DNA of 64,000 bases, taken from contig CAMVNO010000002.1 of NCBI GenBank assembly GCA_947168855.1, forward strand, positions 79,987 to 143,986. The letters run 5' to 3'. The position numbers and the translations under genes were made by a program. This document shows, piece after piece, positions 38,484-47,501 of this stretch. This DNA comes from an uncultured Clostridia bacterium. Its GTDB lineage: Bacteria > Bacillota > Clostridia > Christensenellales > CAG-138. A model generated the notes under the pieces. The model was not told where the DNA came from. It saw only the letters and a list, made by a program, of their open reading frames with translations, and made no database searches. Every line of letters starts with the position of its first letter. Position 1 is the stretch's first letter.

Positions 38484-39482
38484 ATGCGGTATTCAAAGCT
38501 CGGAAACAGCGATCTGAACGTCTCCGCGGTCGCGCTCGGCACATGGGGGCTCGGCGGCGGCAGCGTATGGTCGGACCATGATTCGACCGAAGCGGAGGCA
38601 AGAAGCCTTTTGGACGCCTGCAGGGATCACGGGATCAACTATATCGACACTGCGCCGGTCTACGGCACGGGCGAAAGCGAACGGCTTCTGGGCGAAGCGC
38701 TCAAAGGACGCCGCCACGATTTCATCCTGCAGACGAAATGCTCCCTGAACTGGCGGAACGAGGGCGGCAATTTCCACTATTCGCGCGACGGCTACACGGT
38801 CAACAACGATACGCGCCCTGCGGCGATCGTCCGCGACGTCGAGGATTCGTTGAGACGCATGCAGACGGATTATCTCGATTCGGTGATCGTGCATTACGTA
38901 TGCAAGAGCTTTCCGGTCTCCGACACCGTCGAAGCGCTCGAACGCTTGAAGGAGCAGGGCAAGATCCGCGCGTACGGACTTTCTAACAGCCAGCCAACAG
39001 ACCTCGAAGCATATCAGAGCGCCGGCGGACACGTCGATCTTGTGCAGGAGTTTTTCAGCATCCTTTCGCCGTTCCATGGCAGAGAGTATTTCAAGGCATG
39101 TGCGCCGCACGGCACGACGTTTCAGACCTACGGCGTGCTTGAGGAGGGTTTTCTGACCTCGCCCGCGTTTATGGACCGCACGTTTTTGAAAACCGACATC
39201 CGCTCGCGCATTCCGTGGGTGCAGCCGGAGGTCAAGGAAGGACTGAAAAAGGCGTTTGAAGCCTGGGAGCCGATCCGCGCCGCGCACGGCTGCAGCTTCT
39301 CACAGCTCTTTGAAGCGTGGGCGCTTGCGCAGTATGAAAACATGAGCCTGCTTGTCGGCATGCGAAAGCCTCAAAACGTCGCCGATAACGCCGCGTGTCT
39401 CGACCTCGTCCTTTCTCCCGAAGAGCTTGCAATGATGGAGGAAGCCGCAAAGCCGATCCAGGTGGAAGTCCTCGATAAATAA
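38484..39482 (+). CDS. Aldo/keto reductase
   Basis: ALGTWGLGG, IDTAPVYG, TK, SLRRMQTDYLD. Confidence 0.9.
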   Translation: MRYSKLGNSDLNVSAVALGTWGLGGGSVWSDHDSTEAEARSLLDACRDHGINYIDTAPVYGTGESERLLGEALKGRRHDFILQTKCSLNWRNEGGNFHYSRDGYTVNNDTRPAAIVRDVEDSLRRMQTDYLDSVIVHYVCKSFPVSDTVEALERLKEQGKIRAYGLSNSQPTDLEAYQSAGGHVDLVQEFFSILSPFHGREYFKACAPHGTTFQTYGVLEEGFLTSPAFMDRTFLKTDIRSRIPWVQPEVKEGLKKAFEAWEPIRAAHGCSFSQLFEAWALAQYENMSLLVGMRKPQNVADNAACLDLVLSPEELAMMEEAAKPIQVEVLDK

Positions 39483-39572
39483 CAGAATAGCGCATTCTAT
39501 TTCGCACCGATCGCCCTTTCGACCGGTGCGATTTTGTGTTACAGTATAAGCAAAGAAAGGAAGGGGAAAACT

Positions 39573-39953
39573 ATGCTCGGATTCTGGATCTTTATGCTGT
39601 TGATGGACCTTTTGATCCCGCTTTTGATGATCGGGCTCGGAAAGCTCCTTACAAAGCGTCCGCCGAAACGGATCAACGGCGTCAGCGGATACCGCACGAA
39701 ACGGTCTATGAAAACACAGGAAACGTGGGAGTTTGCGCACCGGCATTTCGGGAATCTGTGGTTCAAACTCGGGCTCGTTCTGATCCCGCTTTCGGTGCTG
39801 CCGCTGATCTTCGTATACGGAAAGGATATCGATCAGATCGGTATCGTCGGCGCCGTCGTTACACTCTTTGAGATCGTTCCCATGATCGTACCGGTCTTTT
39901 CGACCGAGCGCGCGCTGAAGGAGAATTTCGACGAGTACGGTAAGCCGCTTTGA
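39573..39953 (+). CDS. SdpI family membrane protein
   Basis: INGVSGYRT...W.FAH; three TM segments. Confidence 0.8.
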   Translation: MLGFWIFMLLMDLLIPLLMIGLGKLLTKRPPKRINGVSGYRTKRSMKTQETWEFAHRHFGNLWFKLGLVLIPLSVLPLIFVYGKDIDQIGIVGAVVTLFEIVPMIVPVFSTERALKENFDEYGKPL

Positions 39954-39992
39954 TGCATAGATCCGCGAAAAGCGTTCCGCTTTTCCGCGTGT

Positions 39993-40105
39993 CCACCTCA
40001 TCCGCCTGACGGCACCTTCTCCTCAAAGGAGAAGGCCTTTGGGTGCGCGTAGGCAGAGGCTTCCCCTTGAGGAGAAGCTGTTCCCGAAGGGAACTGATGA
40101 GGTGG
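39993..40105. repeat. REP-like inverted doublet (CCTCATCCG...CTGATGAGG)
   Basis: Two inverted units with internal hairpins; same architecture and similar spacer at 47232-47364. Confidence 0.8.
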
Positions 40106-40148
40106 CATACTCTTTGATTCTTCTTGAGAAGAATCCTTCTGAATCATG

Positions 40149-40178
40149 AAGATCCTCCGCGCGGAGGATCTTTTTTTT
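40149..40178. terminator. Terminator between convergent genes
   Basis: AAGATCCTCC-GCGC-GGAGGATCTTTTTTTT. Confidence 0.7.
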
Positions 40179-41082
40179 ATGCCTTTCGTTTGTCCCTTTG
40201 CGCGAGGATGACGCCCGCGGTGATCAGCACCGCGCCGAGCACGCCCATCCATGAGATCGGTTCGCCCAAAAGAAGCCAGCCCACGATCAGCGTCACAAAC
40301 GGCGAGCCGTAGAGATAGTTGTTTGTGACGACCACGCCGAGCTCTTTGAACGCGATGTTCCAGAGCGCAAAGCAGACCGCGTTGCCGAGGATCCCGAGAA
40401 ACAGCCAGCTTATGAGCACCTTCGGCACGGTAAAGAGCGGCGCAAGGTTCGGCATGCCGTCCGAGAGAAACATCAGCGGGATCGAGGTCAAAAACGCCCA
40501 GAACATGACGCGCCGCGTGACCAGGAAGCCGTCCATCGTTTCGGTATAGCGTTTGATGAGCACCGAATACACCGCCCACGAAATGCCCGCAAGCAGCGCC
40601 AGAAGGTCGCCGAGCGGGCTTAAGTGAAAGTTCAGACTGCCGTTCAGAACGACCATGACCACCCCGGCGATCGCAAGGAACGAGCCGATGAGCAGAAACT
40701 TGCCGAGCCGCTCGTTGCCGCGGGAAAAGATCGCGGCGAGGATCGCGGTAAAGATGGGGGAGAGGCACACGATGATGCTGACGTTCGCGGCGTAGGTATA
40801 GGTCAAGGCGGTGTTTTGCAGGAAGAAATACACGCTGCCGCCGAAGATGCCGATGAGAACGAAGATGCCCTCATCCTTCCATGAAAGCCGCCGGAATTTC
40901 GGACGCATGATCAAGAGAACAACATACGCAAGCGCCATGCGGATCGGCGTGATCTGCAGCGCCGTAAAGCCTGCGTTGAGCAGGTTTTTTGTCAGCACAT
41001 AACAGCTGCCCCATACGATGACGGAGAACAGCGCAAAGATGTGTCCGAGAATCTTTTTTGAATTGCGCGCTTTGAGTTCCAT
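40177..41082 (-). CDS. DMT/EamA family transporter
   Basis: About 10 TM segments in two EamA repeats. Confidence 0.85.
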   Translation of the reverse strand: MELKARNSKKILGHIFALFSVIVWGSCYVLTKNLLNAGFTALQITPIRMALAYVVLLIMRPKFRRLSWKDEGIFVLIGIFGGSVYFFLQNTALTYTYAANVSIIVCLSPIFTAILAAIFSRGNERLGKFLLIGSFLAIAGVVMVVLNGSLNFHLSPLGDLLALLAGISWAVYSVLIKRYTETMDGFLVTRRVMFWAFLTSIPLMFLSDGMPNLAPLFTVPKVLISWLFLGILGNAVCFALWNIAFKELGVVVTNNYLYGSPFVTLIVGWLLLGEPISWMGVLGAVLITAGVILAQRDKRKA

Positions 41083-41187
41083 GCATGCCTCATGCTTCGA
41101 TTTATCCGAACGGGATTATAGCACAGCGCGCACGGTTCGTAAACACAAACCCGATAATATACAATCTCCCGAAAGCGGGAATCGGGC

Positions 41188-41216
41188 TTGATAAGTATGC
41201 GAAAATGGTTTATAAT
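41188..41216 (+). promoter_or_regulatory. sigmaA promoter of the crt operon
   Basis: TTGATA-N17-TATAAT. Confidence 0.65.
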
Positions 41217-41276
41217 CATATTGTTATAAAGCATATAATGCCTGATTGCGGGTAAATCGCTGATCGGAGGACCATT

Positions 41277-42056
41277 ATGACGCACATCCTGTTCGAAAAG
41301 AAGGGCAATATCGCGATCGCCCTGATCGACCGCCCGAAGGCGCTGAACGCGCTGAATTCCGAAGTATTGAATGACCTGAATACGCTTGTCGACACCGTGA
41401 ACGCCGATCCGGAGATCCGCGTGCTGATCCTGACCGGCAGCGGCGAAAAATCCTTCGTCGCGGGTGCGGACATCGGCGAAATGTCGAACCTCACCAAGGA
41501 AGAGGGCGAGGCGTTCGGCAAGAAGGGGAACGATGTATTCCGCAGAATCGAAACGCTTCCGATCCCCGTGATCGCGGCGGTCAACGGCTATGCGCTGGGC
41601 GGCGGCTGCGAGCTTGCGATGTCCTGCGATATCCGCATTGCAAGCGACACGGCGGTGTTCGGTCAGCCCGAAACGGGACTCGGCATTACGCCGGGCTTCG
41701 GCGGCACGCAGCGGCTTGCGCGGCTCATCGGACCCGGCATGGCAAAGCAGCTCATCTACTCCGCGCGGAACATCAAAGCGGACGAGGCTTTGCGCATCGG
41801 GCTCGTCAACGCGGTCTATCCCTTGGAGGAGCTCAGACCTGCGGCGGAAAAGCTCGCCGAAACGATCGCGAAGAACGCGCCGATCGCGGTGCGCGCCTGT
41901 AAGCAGGCGATCAACGAGGGGCTCGAAAAGCCGATGGACGAAGCGATCGTGCTCGAAGAAAAGCTGTTCGGCAGCTGCTTTGAGACCGCGGACCAGAAGG
42001 AGGGCATGGGCGCGTTTTTGGAGAAGCGCAGGCACGAGCCCTATCAGAACCGGTAA
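41277..42056 (+). CDS. crt: Crotonase (3-hydroxybutyryl-CoA dehydratase)
   Basis: FVAGADI, ALGGGCE, FGQPE, PGFGGTQRL. Confidence 0.93.
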   Translation: MTHILFEKKGNIAIALIDRPKALNALNSEVLNDLNTLVDTVNADPEIRVLILTGSGEKSFVAGADIGEMSNLTKEEGEAFGKKGNDVFRRIETLPIPVIAAVNGYALGGGCELAMSCDIRIASDTAVFGQPETGLGITPGFGGTQRLARLIGPGMAKQLIYSARNIKADEALRIGLVNAVYPLEELRPAAEKLAETIAKNAPIAVRACKQAINEGLEKPMDEAIVLEEKLFGSCFETADQKEGMGAFLEKRRHEPYQNR

Positions 42057-42111
42057 ATACGGACAGACGTCCGGACCACCTATACAAAAATCAATTCAGG
42101 AGGAAACAAAC

Positions 42112-42948
42112 ATGAAGGTTGCTATTTTCGGCGCAGGAACCATGGGAAGCGGCATTGCACAGGTCTTTGCGGCAAACGGACACACGGCGCTTCTGTACGC
42201 GACGAGCGTGGAGAGCGCGCAGCGGCATAAGGACAAGCTCGCGGGCTCCCTCAATAAGCGCGTTGCGAAGGGCAAGATGACGCAGGAAGCGGCGGACGAT
42301 CTTTTAAGCCGCATCGTCGTGGACGAAGTCGCGGCGGCTGCGGATGCGGATCTCGTGATCGAGTGCGTGGCGGAGAACATGGCGGTCAAGAAGGAGCTTC
42401 TTGCGCGTCTCGACACGCTCTGCAAGGAAGACGCGGTCTTTGCGACCAACACGTCCTCCCTGTCGATCACCGAAATGGCGAAGGGACTCATGCACCCGAT
42501 GGTGGGTCTGCACTTCTTCAACCCGGTTCCGGTCATGAAGCTCGTCGAAGTCATCGCAGGCGCGAACACGCCGACCGAGCTCGTCGAATGGGCAAAGAAC
42601 CTCTGCGTTGAGATCGGCAAGACGCCGGTCGTCGTCAACGAGGCGCCGGGCTTCGTGGTCAACAAGATCCTGATCCCGTACTGCAACGAGGGCGTCTGCG
42701 TGCTGCAGGAAGGCGTTGCGAGCGCGGAGGACATCGACATCGCAATGCAGCTGGGCTGCAATCATCCGATGGGACCGCTGCACCTGGGCGACCTCATTGG
42801 CTGGGACGTCGTGCTGAACATCATGGACGTGCTCTACAACGAAACGCATGATTCTAAGTACCGCGCAAACGTGCTGATCCGGAAGATGGTCCGCGCGGGC
42901 AAGCTCGGCATCAAGACCGGCGAAGGCTTCTTCAAGTACACGAAGTAA
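42112..42948 (+). CDS. hbd: 3-hydroxybutyryl-CoA dehydrogenase
   Basis: GAGTMGSG, NTSSLSI, HFFNPVPVM, HPMGP; AGGAGG RBS. Confidence 0.93.
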   Translation: MKVAIFGAGTMGSGIAQVFAANGHTALLYATSVESAQRHKDKLAGSLNKRVAKGKMTQEAADDLLSRIVVDEVAAAADADLVIECVAENMAVKKELLARLDTLCKEDAVFATNTSSLSITEMAKGLMHPMVGLHFFNPVPVMKLVEVIAGANTPTELVEWAKNLCVEIGKTPVVVNEAPGFVVNKILIPYCNEGVCVLQEGVASAEDIDIAMQLGCNHPMGPLHLGDLIGWDVVLNIMDVLYNETHDSKYRANVLIRKMVRAGKLGIKTGEGFFKYTK

Positions 42949-42967
42949 ACATAAAGGAGAAATCAGA

Positions 42968-44110
42968 ATGGATTTTCGTCTGACGAAGGAACAGCTGCTG
43001 GTTCGCAAGATGGTTCGCGAATTCGCAGAAAACGAAGTGAAGCCGATCGCTTCCGAGATCGACGAGGAAGAGCGCTTCCCGGCGGAGACCGTCGAAAAGA
43101 TGGCGAAGCTCGGCATGATGGGCATCTACTTCCCGAAGCAGTACGGCGGCGCGGGCGGCGACGTCTTGAGCTACGCGATCACGGTCGAGGAGCTCGCGAA
43201 GGTCTGCGGCACCACCGCGGTCATCGTCTCCGCGCACACATCCCTGTGCTGTGCGCCGATCTTTGAGCACGGCACCGAGGAACAAAAGATGAAATACCTG
43301 CCCGACCTTCTTTCCGGCAGAAAGCTCGGCGCATTCGGTCTCACCGAGCCGAACGCCGGCACCGACGCGTCCGGTCAGCAGACGACCGCGGTGCTCGACG
43401 GCGATCATTACGTGCTGAACGGTTCGAAGTGCTTCATCACCAACGGCAGCGTTGCGGACGTGTTCGTGGTGTTCGCAATGACCGATCCGAAGATGGGCAA
43501 CCGCGGCATCTCCGCGTTCATCGTGGAAAAGGGCTTCAAGGGCTTCTCGCAGGGCAAGCATGAAAAGAAGATGGGCATCCGCGGCAGTTCCACCTGCGAC
43601 CTCATTTTCGAGGACTGCATCGTTCCGAAGGAGAACCTCCTGGGCAAGGAAGGCGCGGGCTTCAAGATCGCCATGCAGACGCTGGACGGCGGCCGTATCG
43701 GCATTGCGGCGCAGGCGCTGGGCATCGGCGAAGGCGCGATCAACGAGGCGATCAAGTACACGAGCGAGCGCGTACAGTTCAAAAAGCGCATCAGCGCGTT
43801 CCAGAACACGCAGTTCCAGCTTGCCGACATGCACACCCGCATGCAGGCGGCACAGTTCCTTGTATACAACGCCGCGCTGAAGAAGCAGGCGCACGAGCGC
43901 TGCAGCATGGAAGCCGCGATGGCAAAGCTGTTCGCCGCGGAAGCCGCGTCCGACGTGACGCGCCGCGCGGTCCAGCTGTTCGGCGGCTACGGCTACACCC
44001 GTGAATATCCCGTGGAGCGCATGATGCGCGACGCGAAGATCACCGAGATCTACGAGGGCACGAGCGAGGTCCAGCGCATGGTCATCGCCGCGAACCTCGG
44101 CGTGAAGTAA
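42968..44110 (+). CDS. bcd: Butyryl-CoA dehydrogenase
   Basis: FGLTEPNAGTD, KMGIRGS, LDGGRIG, IYEGTSE; adjacent to etfBA. Confidence 0.95.
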   Translation: MDFRLTKEQLLVRKMVREFAENEVKPIASEIDEEERFPAETVEKMAKLGMMGIYFPKQYGGAGGDVLSYAITVEELAKVCGTTAVIVSAHTSLCCAPIFEHGTEEQKMKYLPDLLSGRKLGAFGLTEPNAGTDASGQQTTAVLDGDHYVLNGSKCFITNGSVADVFVVFAMTDPKMGNRGISAFIVEKGFKGFSQGKHEKKMGIRGSSTCDLIFEDCIVPKENLLGKEGAGFKIAMQTLDGGRIGIAAQALGIGEGAINEAIKYTSERVQFKKRISAFQNTQFQLADMHTRMQAAQFLVYNAALKKQAHERCSMEAAMAKLFAAEAASDVTRRAVQLFGGYGYTREYPVERMMRDAKITEIYEGTSEVQRMVIAANLGVK

Positions 44111-44127
44111 GAAGGAGGGCAGAGAAC

Positions 44128-44928
44128 ATGAAGATTTTTGTTACCGTAAAGCAGGTTCCCGATACCTCCGGAACGGTCGCCGTCAATCCGGACGGCACGC
44201 TGGACCGCGCGTCCATGCAGACCATCATCAATCCCGACGATATGAACGCGGTCGAAGCCGCGCTGACTTTGAAGGACGAGCTCGGCTGTAAGGTCGTGGC
44301 GTTCACGATGGGACCGCCGCCCGCAGAGGGCATGCTCCGCGAGCTCATGGCAATGGGCGTGGACGAGGGCGTTCTCATCACCGCGCGTGAGTTCGGTGGC
44401 TCCGACACCTACGCGACGAGCCAGATCATCGCGGCGGCGATCGACACCTACGGCGTCGAGCCCGAGGACATCATCCTTGCCGGACGTCAGGCGATCGACG
44501 GCGACACCGCGCAGGTCGGTCCGCAGATCGCGGAGAAGCTGCATCTGCCGCAGGTCACCTATGCGGGCGAGATCCGAAAGGACGGCGACGTGCTGACCGT
44601 AAAACGCATCCTGGAGGACGGCTACATGACGGTCAAGGTCCACACGCCCTGCATGATCACCTGCATCAAGGAGCTCAACAAGCCGCGCTACATGAACATC
44701 GGCGGCATCTTCGAGTGCTACGAAAAGCAGGTCGTCACCATGACGTACGACACGCTGAAGGATCATCCGCTGATCGACAAGAGCACGATCGGACTTCTGG
44801 GTTCCCCGACGAACATCCTGACGTCATTCACACCGCCGCAAAAGGGCGCGGGCATCATGCTTCCGGGCGACGGAAAGGAAACGACCGACAAGCTCGCGGG
44901 TATCCTTGCCGCGAAGCACATCATCTGA
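44128..44928 (+). CDS. etfB: Electron transfer flavoprotein beta subunit
   Basis: KQVPD, GRQAIDGDTAQVGP. Confidence 0.95.
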   Translation: MKIFVTVKQVPDTSGTVAVNPDGTLDRASMQTIINPDDMNAVEAALTLKDELGCKVVAFTMGPPPAEGMLRELMAMGVDEGVLITAREFGGSDTYATSQIIAAAIDTYGVEPEDIILAGRQAIDGDTAQVGPQIAEKLHLPQVTYAGEIRKDGDVLTVKRILEDGYMTVKVHTPCMITCIKELNKPRYMNIGGIFECYEKQVVTMTYDTLKDHPLIDKSTIGLLGSPTNILTSFTPPQKGAGIMLPGDGKETTDKLAGILAAKHII

Positions 44929-44946
44929 GGAAGGGGGAACGGTATT

Positions 44947-46065
44947 ATGTTTAACAGCAGCGAAATCGAAGCCTTCAAGAACGTCTGGGTCTTCTGCGAA
45001 CAGCGCAATGGAGAAATGATGCCGACCACCTTCGAGCTGATCAGCGAGGGCAGAAAGCTTGCCGACGAGCTCGGCGTGGAGCTTTGCGGCATCCTGCTCG
45101 GAGAAAACGTCGACGGCATTGCAAAGGAACTCGGCACCTACGGCGCGGACAAGGTTTATGTTTACAATAGCCCGCTTCTCGCGACGTTCACGACCGACGC
45201 GTACACCAAGATCATCGTCGACGCGGTCGAGGAATTCAAGCCGGAGATCCTGCTCTTCGGCGCATCCACGATCGGTCGCGCTCTCGCGCCGCGCTGCGCG
45301 GCAAGACTGCACACCGGTCTCTGTGCGGACTGCACGCATCTCGACATCGACCTCAATAACTATCAGCAGTTCCTTCGCAAAGCTTCCACGCTTCCCGAGG
45401 ACCGCATCGAGCGCACGAAGAGCGTCCGGCTTGCGGGCGCGGATCACTCCGTCGCGCGCGACCTTAAGATGACCCGTCCGGCGTTCGGCGGGCACCTGAT
45501 GGCGTCCATCATCTGCCCGCGCTTCCGTCCCGCAATGGCGACGGTGCGCCCCGGCGTTATGAAGAAGCGCGAGAACCCGCGCAAGGTCGAACTCGTTCAT
45601 CCCGCGTTTGACCTGAAGCCCGAGGACATCAAGACCGAGGTCGTCGAGGTTGTCAAGGCGGCAAAGAAGCTCGTCGATCTGATCGGCGCGGACTACATCG
45701 TGTCCGTCGGTCGCGGTATCAGTAAGGACGTCGAAAAGGGTCTTGCCCTTGCCGAGGAGCTTGCAAACGAGCTCGGCGGCGTGGTCGGCGCCTCCCGTGC
45801 CTGCGTCGACGCGGGTTGGATCGGCGCGGATCATCAGGTCGGGCAGACCGGCAAGACGGTCCACCCGAAGGTGTACGTCGCGCTCGGCATCTCCGGCGCG
45901 ATCCAGCACAAGGCGGGCATGCAGGAATCCGAATGCATCATCGCGGTCAACAAGAACGAGACCGCCCCGATCTTCGAGTGTGCGGACTACGGCATCGTGG
46001 GCGACCTCTTCAAGGTCGTGCCCGAGCTGATCGAATCCATCCGCGCAGCCAAAGCGGCAAAATAA
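44947..46065 (+). CDS. etfA: Electron transfer flavoprotein alpha subunit
   Basis: TRPAFGG, QVGQTGKTV, GISGAIQH. Confidence 0.95.
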   Translation: MFNSSEIEAFKNVWVFCEQRNGEMMPTTFELISEGRKLADELGVELCGILLGENVDGIAKELGTYGADKVYVYNSPLLATFTTDAYTKIIVDAVEEFKPEILLFGASTIGRALAPRCAARLHTGLCADCTHLDIDLNNYQQFLRKASTLPEDRIERTKSVRLAGADHSVARDLKMTRPAFGGHLMASIICPRFRPAMATVRPGVMKKRENPRKVELVHPAFDLKPEDIKTEVVEVVKAAKKLVDLIGADYIVSVGRGISKDVEKGLALAEELANELGGVVGASRACVDAGWIGADHQVGQTGKTVHPKVYVALGISGAIQHKAGMQESECIIAVNKNETAPIFECADYGIVGDLFKVVPELIESIRAAKAAK

Positions 46066-46075
46066 GAAACGATAT

Positions 46076-46107
46076 ACGTCCCGGGGGCAAACCTCGGGAC
46101 GTGTTTT
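46076..46107 (+). terminator. Terminator after etfA
   Basis: ACGTCCCGGGG...CCTCGGGACGTGTTTT. Confidence 0.65.
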
Positions 46108-46140
46108 ACTCATCTTCATAATAACGGAGTGTGCAGCAAC

Positions 46141-47145
46141 ATGGGAGATACTATCGCAAACAAAGAAGAAAAGCGAGTTTGGGGCATTCATTGCAGGGAT
46201 GACGGTCTATTCCGTAAGGAAAACATCATTGCAATCGGATGGAAGGAGATAGGCGATCTAAGCGTTCTCGGCGCAGATCGTGAAGCATTCAAAAAACGGT
46301 ATGCAGAAGTATATGCCGATGCAAGTAAGGGCAATATCGCAAACGGCGCGGGGATGCTGTATCGCTTTTGCCATGAAGCGCAAATCGGTGATTATGTCGT
46401 CTATCCTTCCAAAAATGATCGACAAGTGAATTTCGGTGTCATAGAGAGCGAGTATCATTACGATGGCTCACAGCCGGAATATGTACAGACGCATAAGGTC
46501 AAATGGCTGAAACAACTGCCGCGCACCTGCTTTTCCCAAGGGGCACTGTATGAAATCGGCTCGGCGCTTTCCTTCTTCATGGTGAAAAATTATGCGGATG
46601 AGTATCTTGCTGCACTTAACAAGGGGTTCAAGAAAGCCGATATAGTTGATGTTGAAGAAGTTGAAGTAACAGCGGAAGCTATTATAGAAAACACAAAAGA
46701 CTTTATACTGAAAGAGCTTAGCCGACAGCTGAAAGGTTACGATCTTGAGGAGTTTGTTGCCGATCTCTTGCGGGCTATGGGGTATCGCACAACCGTGTCG
46801 CCGCACGGGGGAGACAGCGGGATCGACATTACGGCTTATAAAGATGAATTACCGCCGCGGATTCTTGTACAGGTCAAGAGTCAGGATGGAGACATCAAAG
46901 AAACAACGATTCAATCCCTGAAAGGCGCCATGCGCGAAGGGGATTACGGCTTGTTTGTCACGCTTTCGGACTATACGAAGAATGCAAAAGCATATCTTCA
47001 AAATACACCAATCATCCGGGGGATCAACGGAACGGAATTGGTGGACCTGGTGATCAAGTATTACAAAGATTTGAGCGAAAAGTATAAGCGGATCATTCCG
47101 CTGCAGATGGTGTATATTCCGGTTTCAAAAGGTTTATTTGAATAA
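46141..47145 (+). CDS. Mrr-like (type IV) restriction endonuclease
   Basis: C-terminal Mrr_cat: EEFVADLLRAMGY...GGDSGIDI...VQVKS (ID-QxK), GLFVT, INGTELV; N-terminal IAIGW...GDYVV domain; AT-rich relative to flanks. Confidence 0.8.
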   Translation: MGDTIANKEEKRVWGIHCRDDGLFRKENIIAIGWKEIGDLSVLGADREAFKKRYAEVYADASKGNIANGAGMLYRFCHEAQIGDYVVYPSKNDRQVNFGVIESEYHYDGSQPEYVQTHKVKWLKQLPRTCFSQGALYEIGSALSFFMVKNYADEYLAALNKGFKKADIVDVEEVEVTAEAIIENTKDFILKELSRQLKGYDLEEFVADLLRAMGYRTTVSPHGGDSGIDITAYKDELPPRILVQVKSQDGDIKETTIQSLKGAMREGDYGLFVTLSDYTKNAKAYLQNTPIIRGINGTELVDLVIKYYKDLSEKYKRIIPLQMVYIPVSKGLFE

Positions 47146-47169
47146 ACGCAGAATGACCGATTTTTTTCG

Positions 47170-47461
47170 GTAGGGACGGGCATTGCCCGTCCGTTTTTGA
47201 TCCGCAAAAAGCTGGCGCTTTTCTGCGAGTACTCCTCATCCGCCTTCGCTGACGCTTCGGCACCTTCCCCACATCAGGGGGAAGGCTTTTGGATCGCGTA
47301 AGCAAAGGCTTCGCCCCCTCGAAGAGGTCGGAGAAGCTGTCAACGCAGTTGACTGATGAGGGGGATGAATTGCGCTGCGCGCATGAATTGTCCTTCGGAC
47401 ATGAATTGCGGCAAAGCCGCATGAATTGGCTGCGCCAAGAATTGCTCCTTCGGAGCATGAA
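47170..47461. repeat. Repeat mosaic: GTAG-REP, inverted doublet and ATGAATT mini-hairpin array
   Basis: 47170-47193 GTAGGGACGGGCATTGCCCGTCCG; 47232-47364 doublet; 47365-47461 five hairpins. Confidence 0.85.
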
Positions 47462-47488
47462 AAAGCCCAACCGTGCGGTCGGGCTTTT
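47461..47488 (-). terminator. Terminator of the lysine catabolic operon
   Basis: AAAAGCCCAACC...GGTCGGGCTTTT, 13 nt past the atoA stop. Confidence 0.7.
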
Positions 47489-47501
47489 GCGATGCTGTTG
47501 A

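Noticed and set aside
41221-41238. Possible Rex operator after the crt promoter (TTGTTATAAAGCATATAA)
   Set aside because: Only the left half fits TTGTTAA-N4-TTAACAA; too weak to call without a matrix scan
41590-42948. Apparent 452-aa hbd (and similarly extended atoA, ruvX and ABC ATPase ORFs)
   Set aside because: The N-terminal extensions are alternative frames of the upstream genes; internal starts with an RBS or stop-start overlaps explain them
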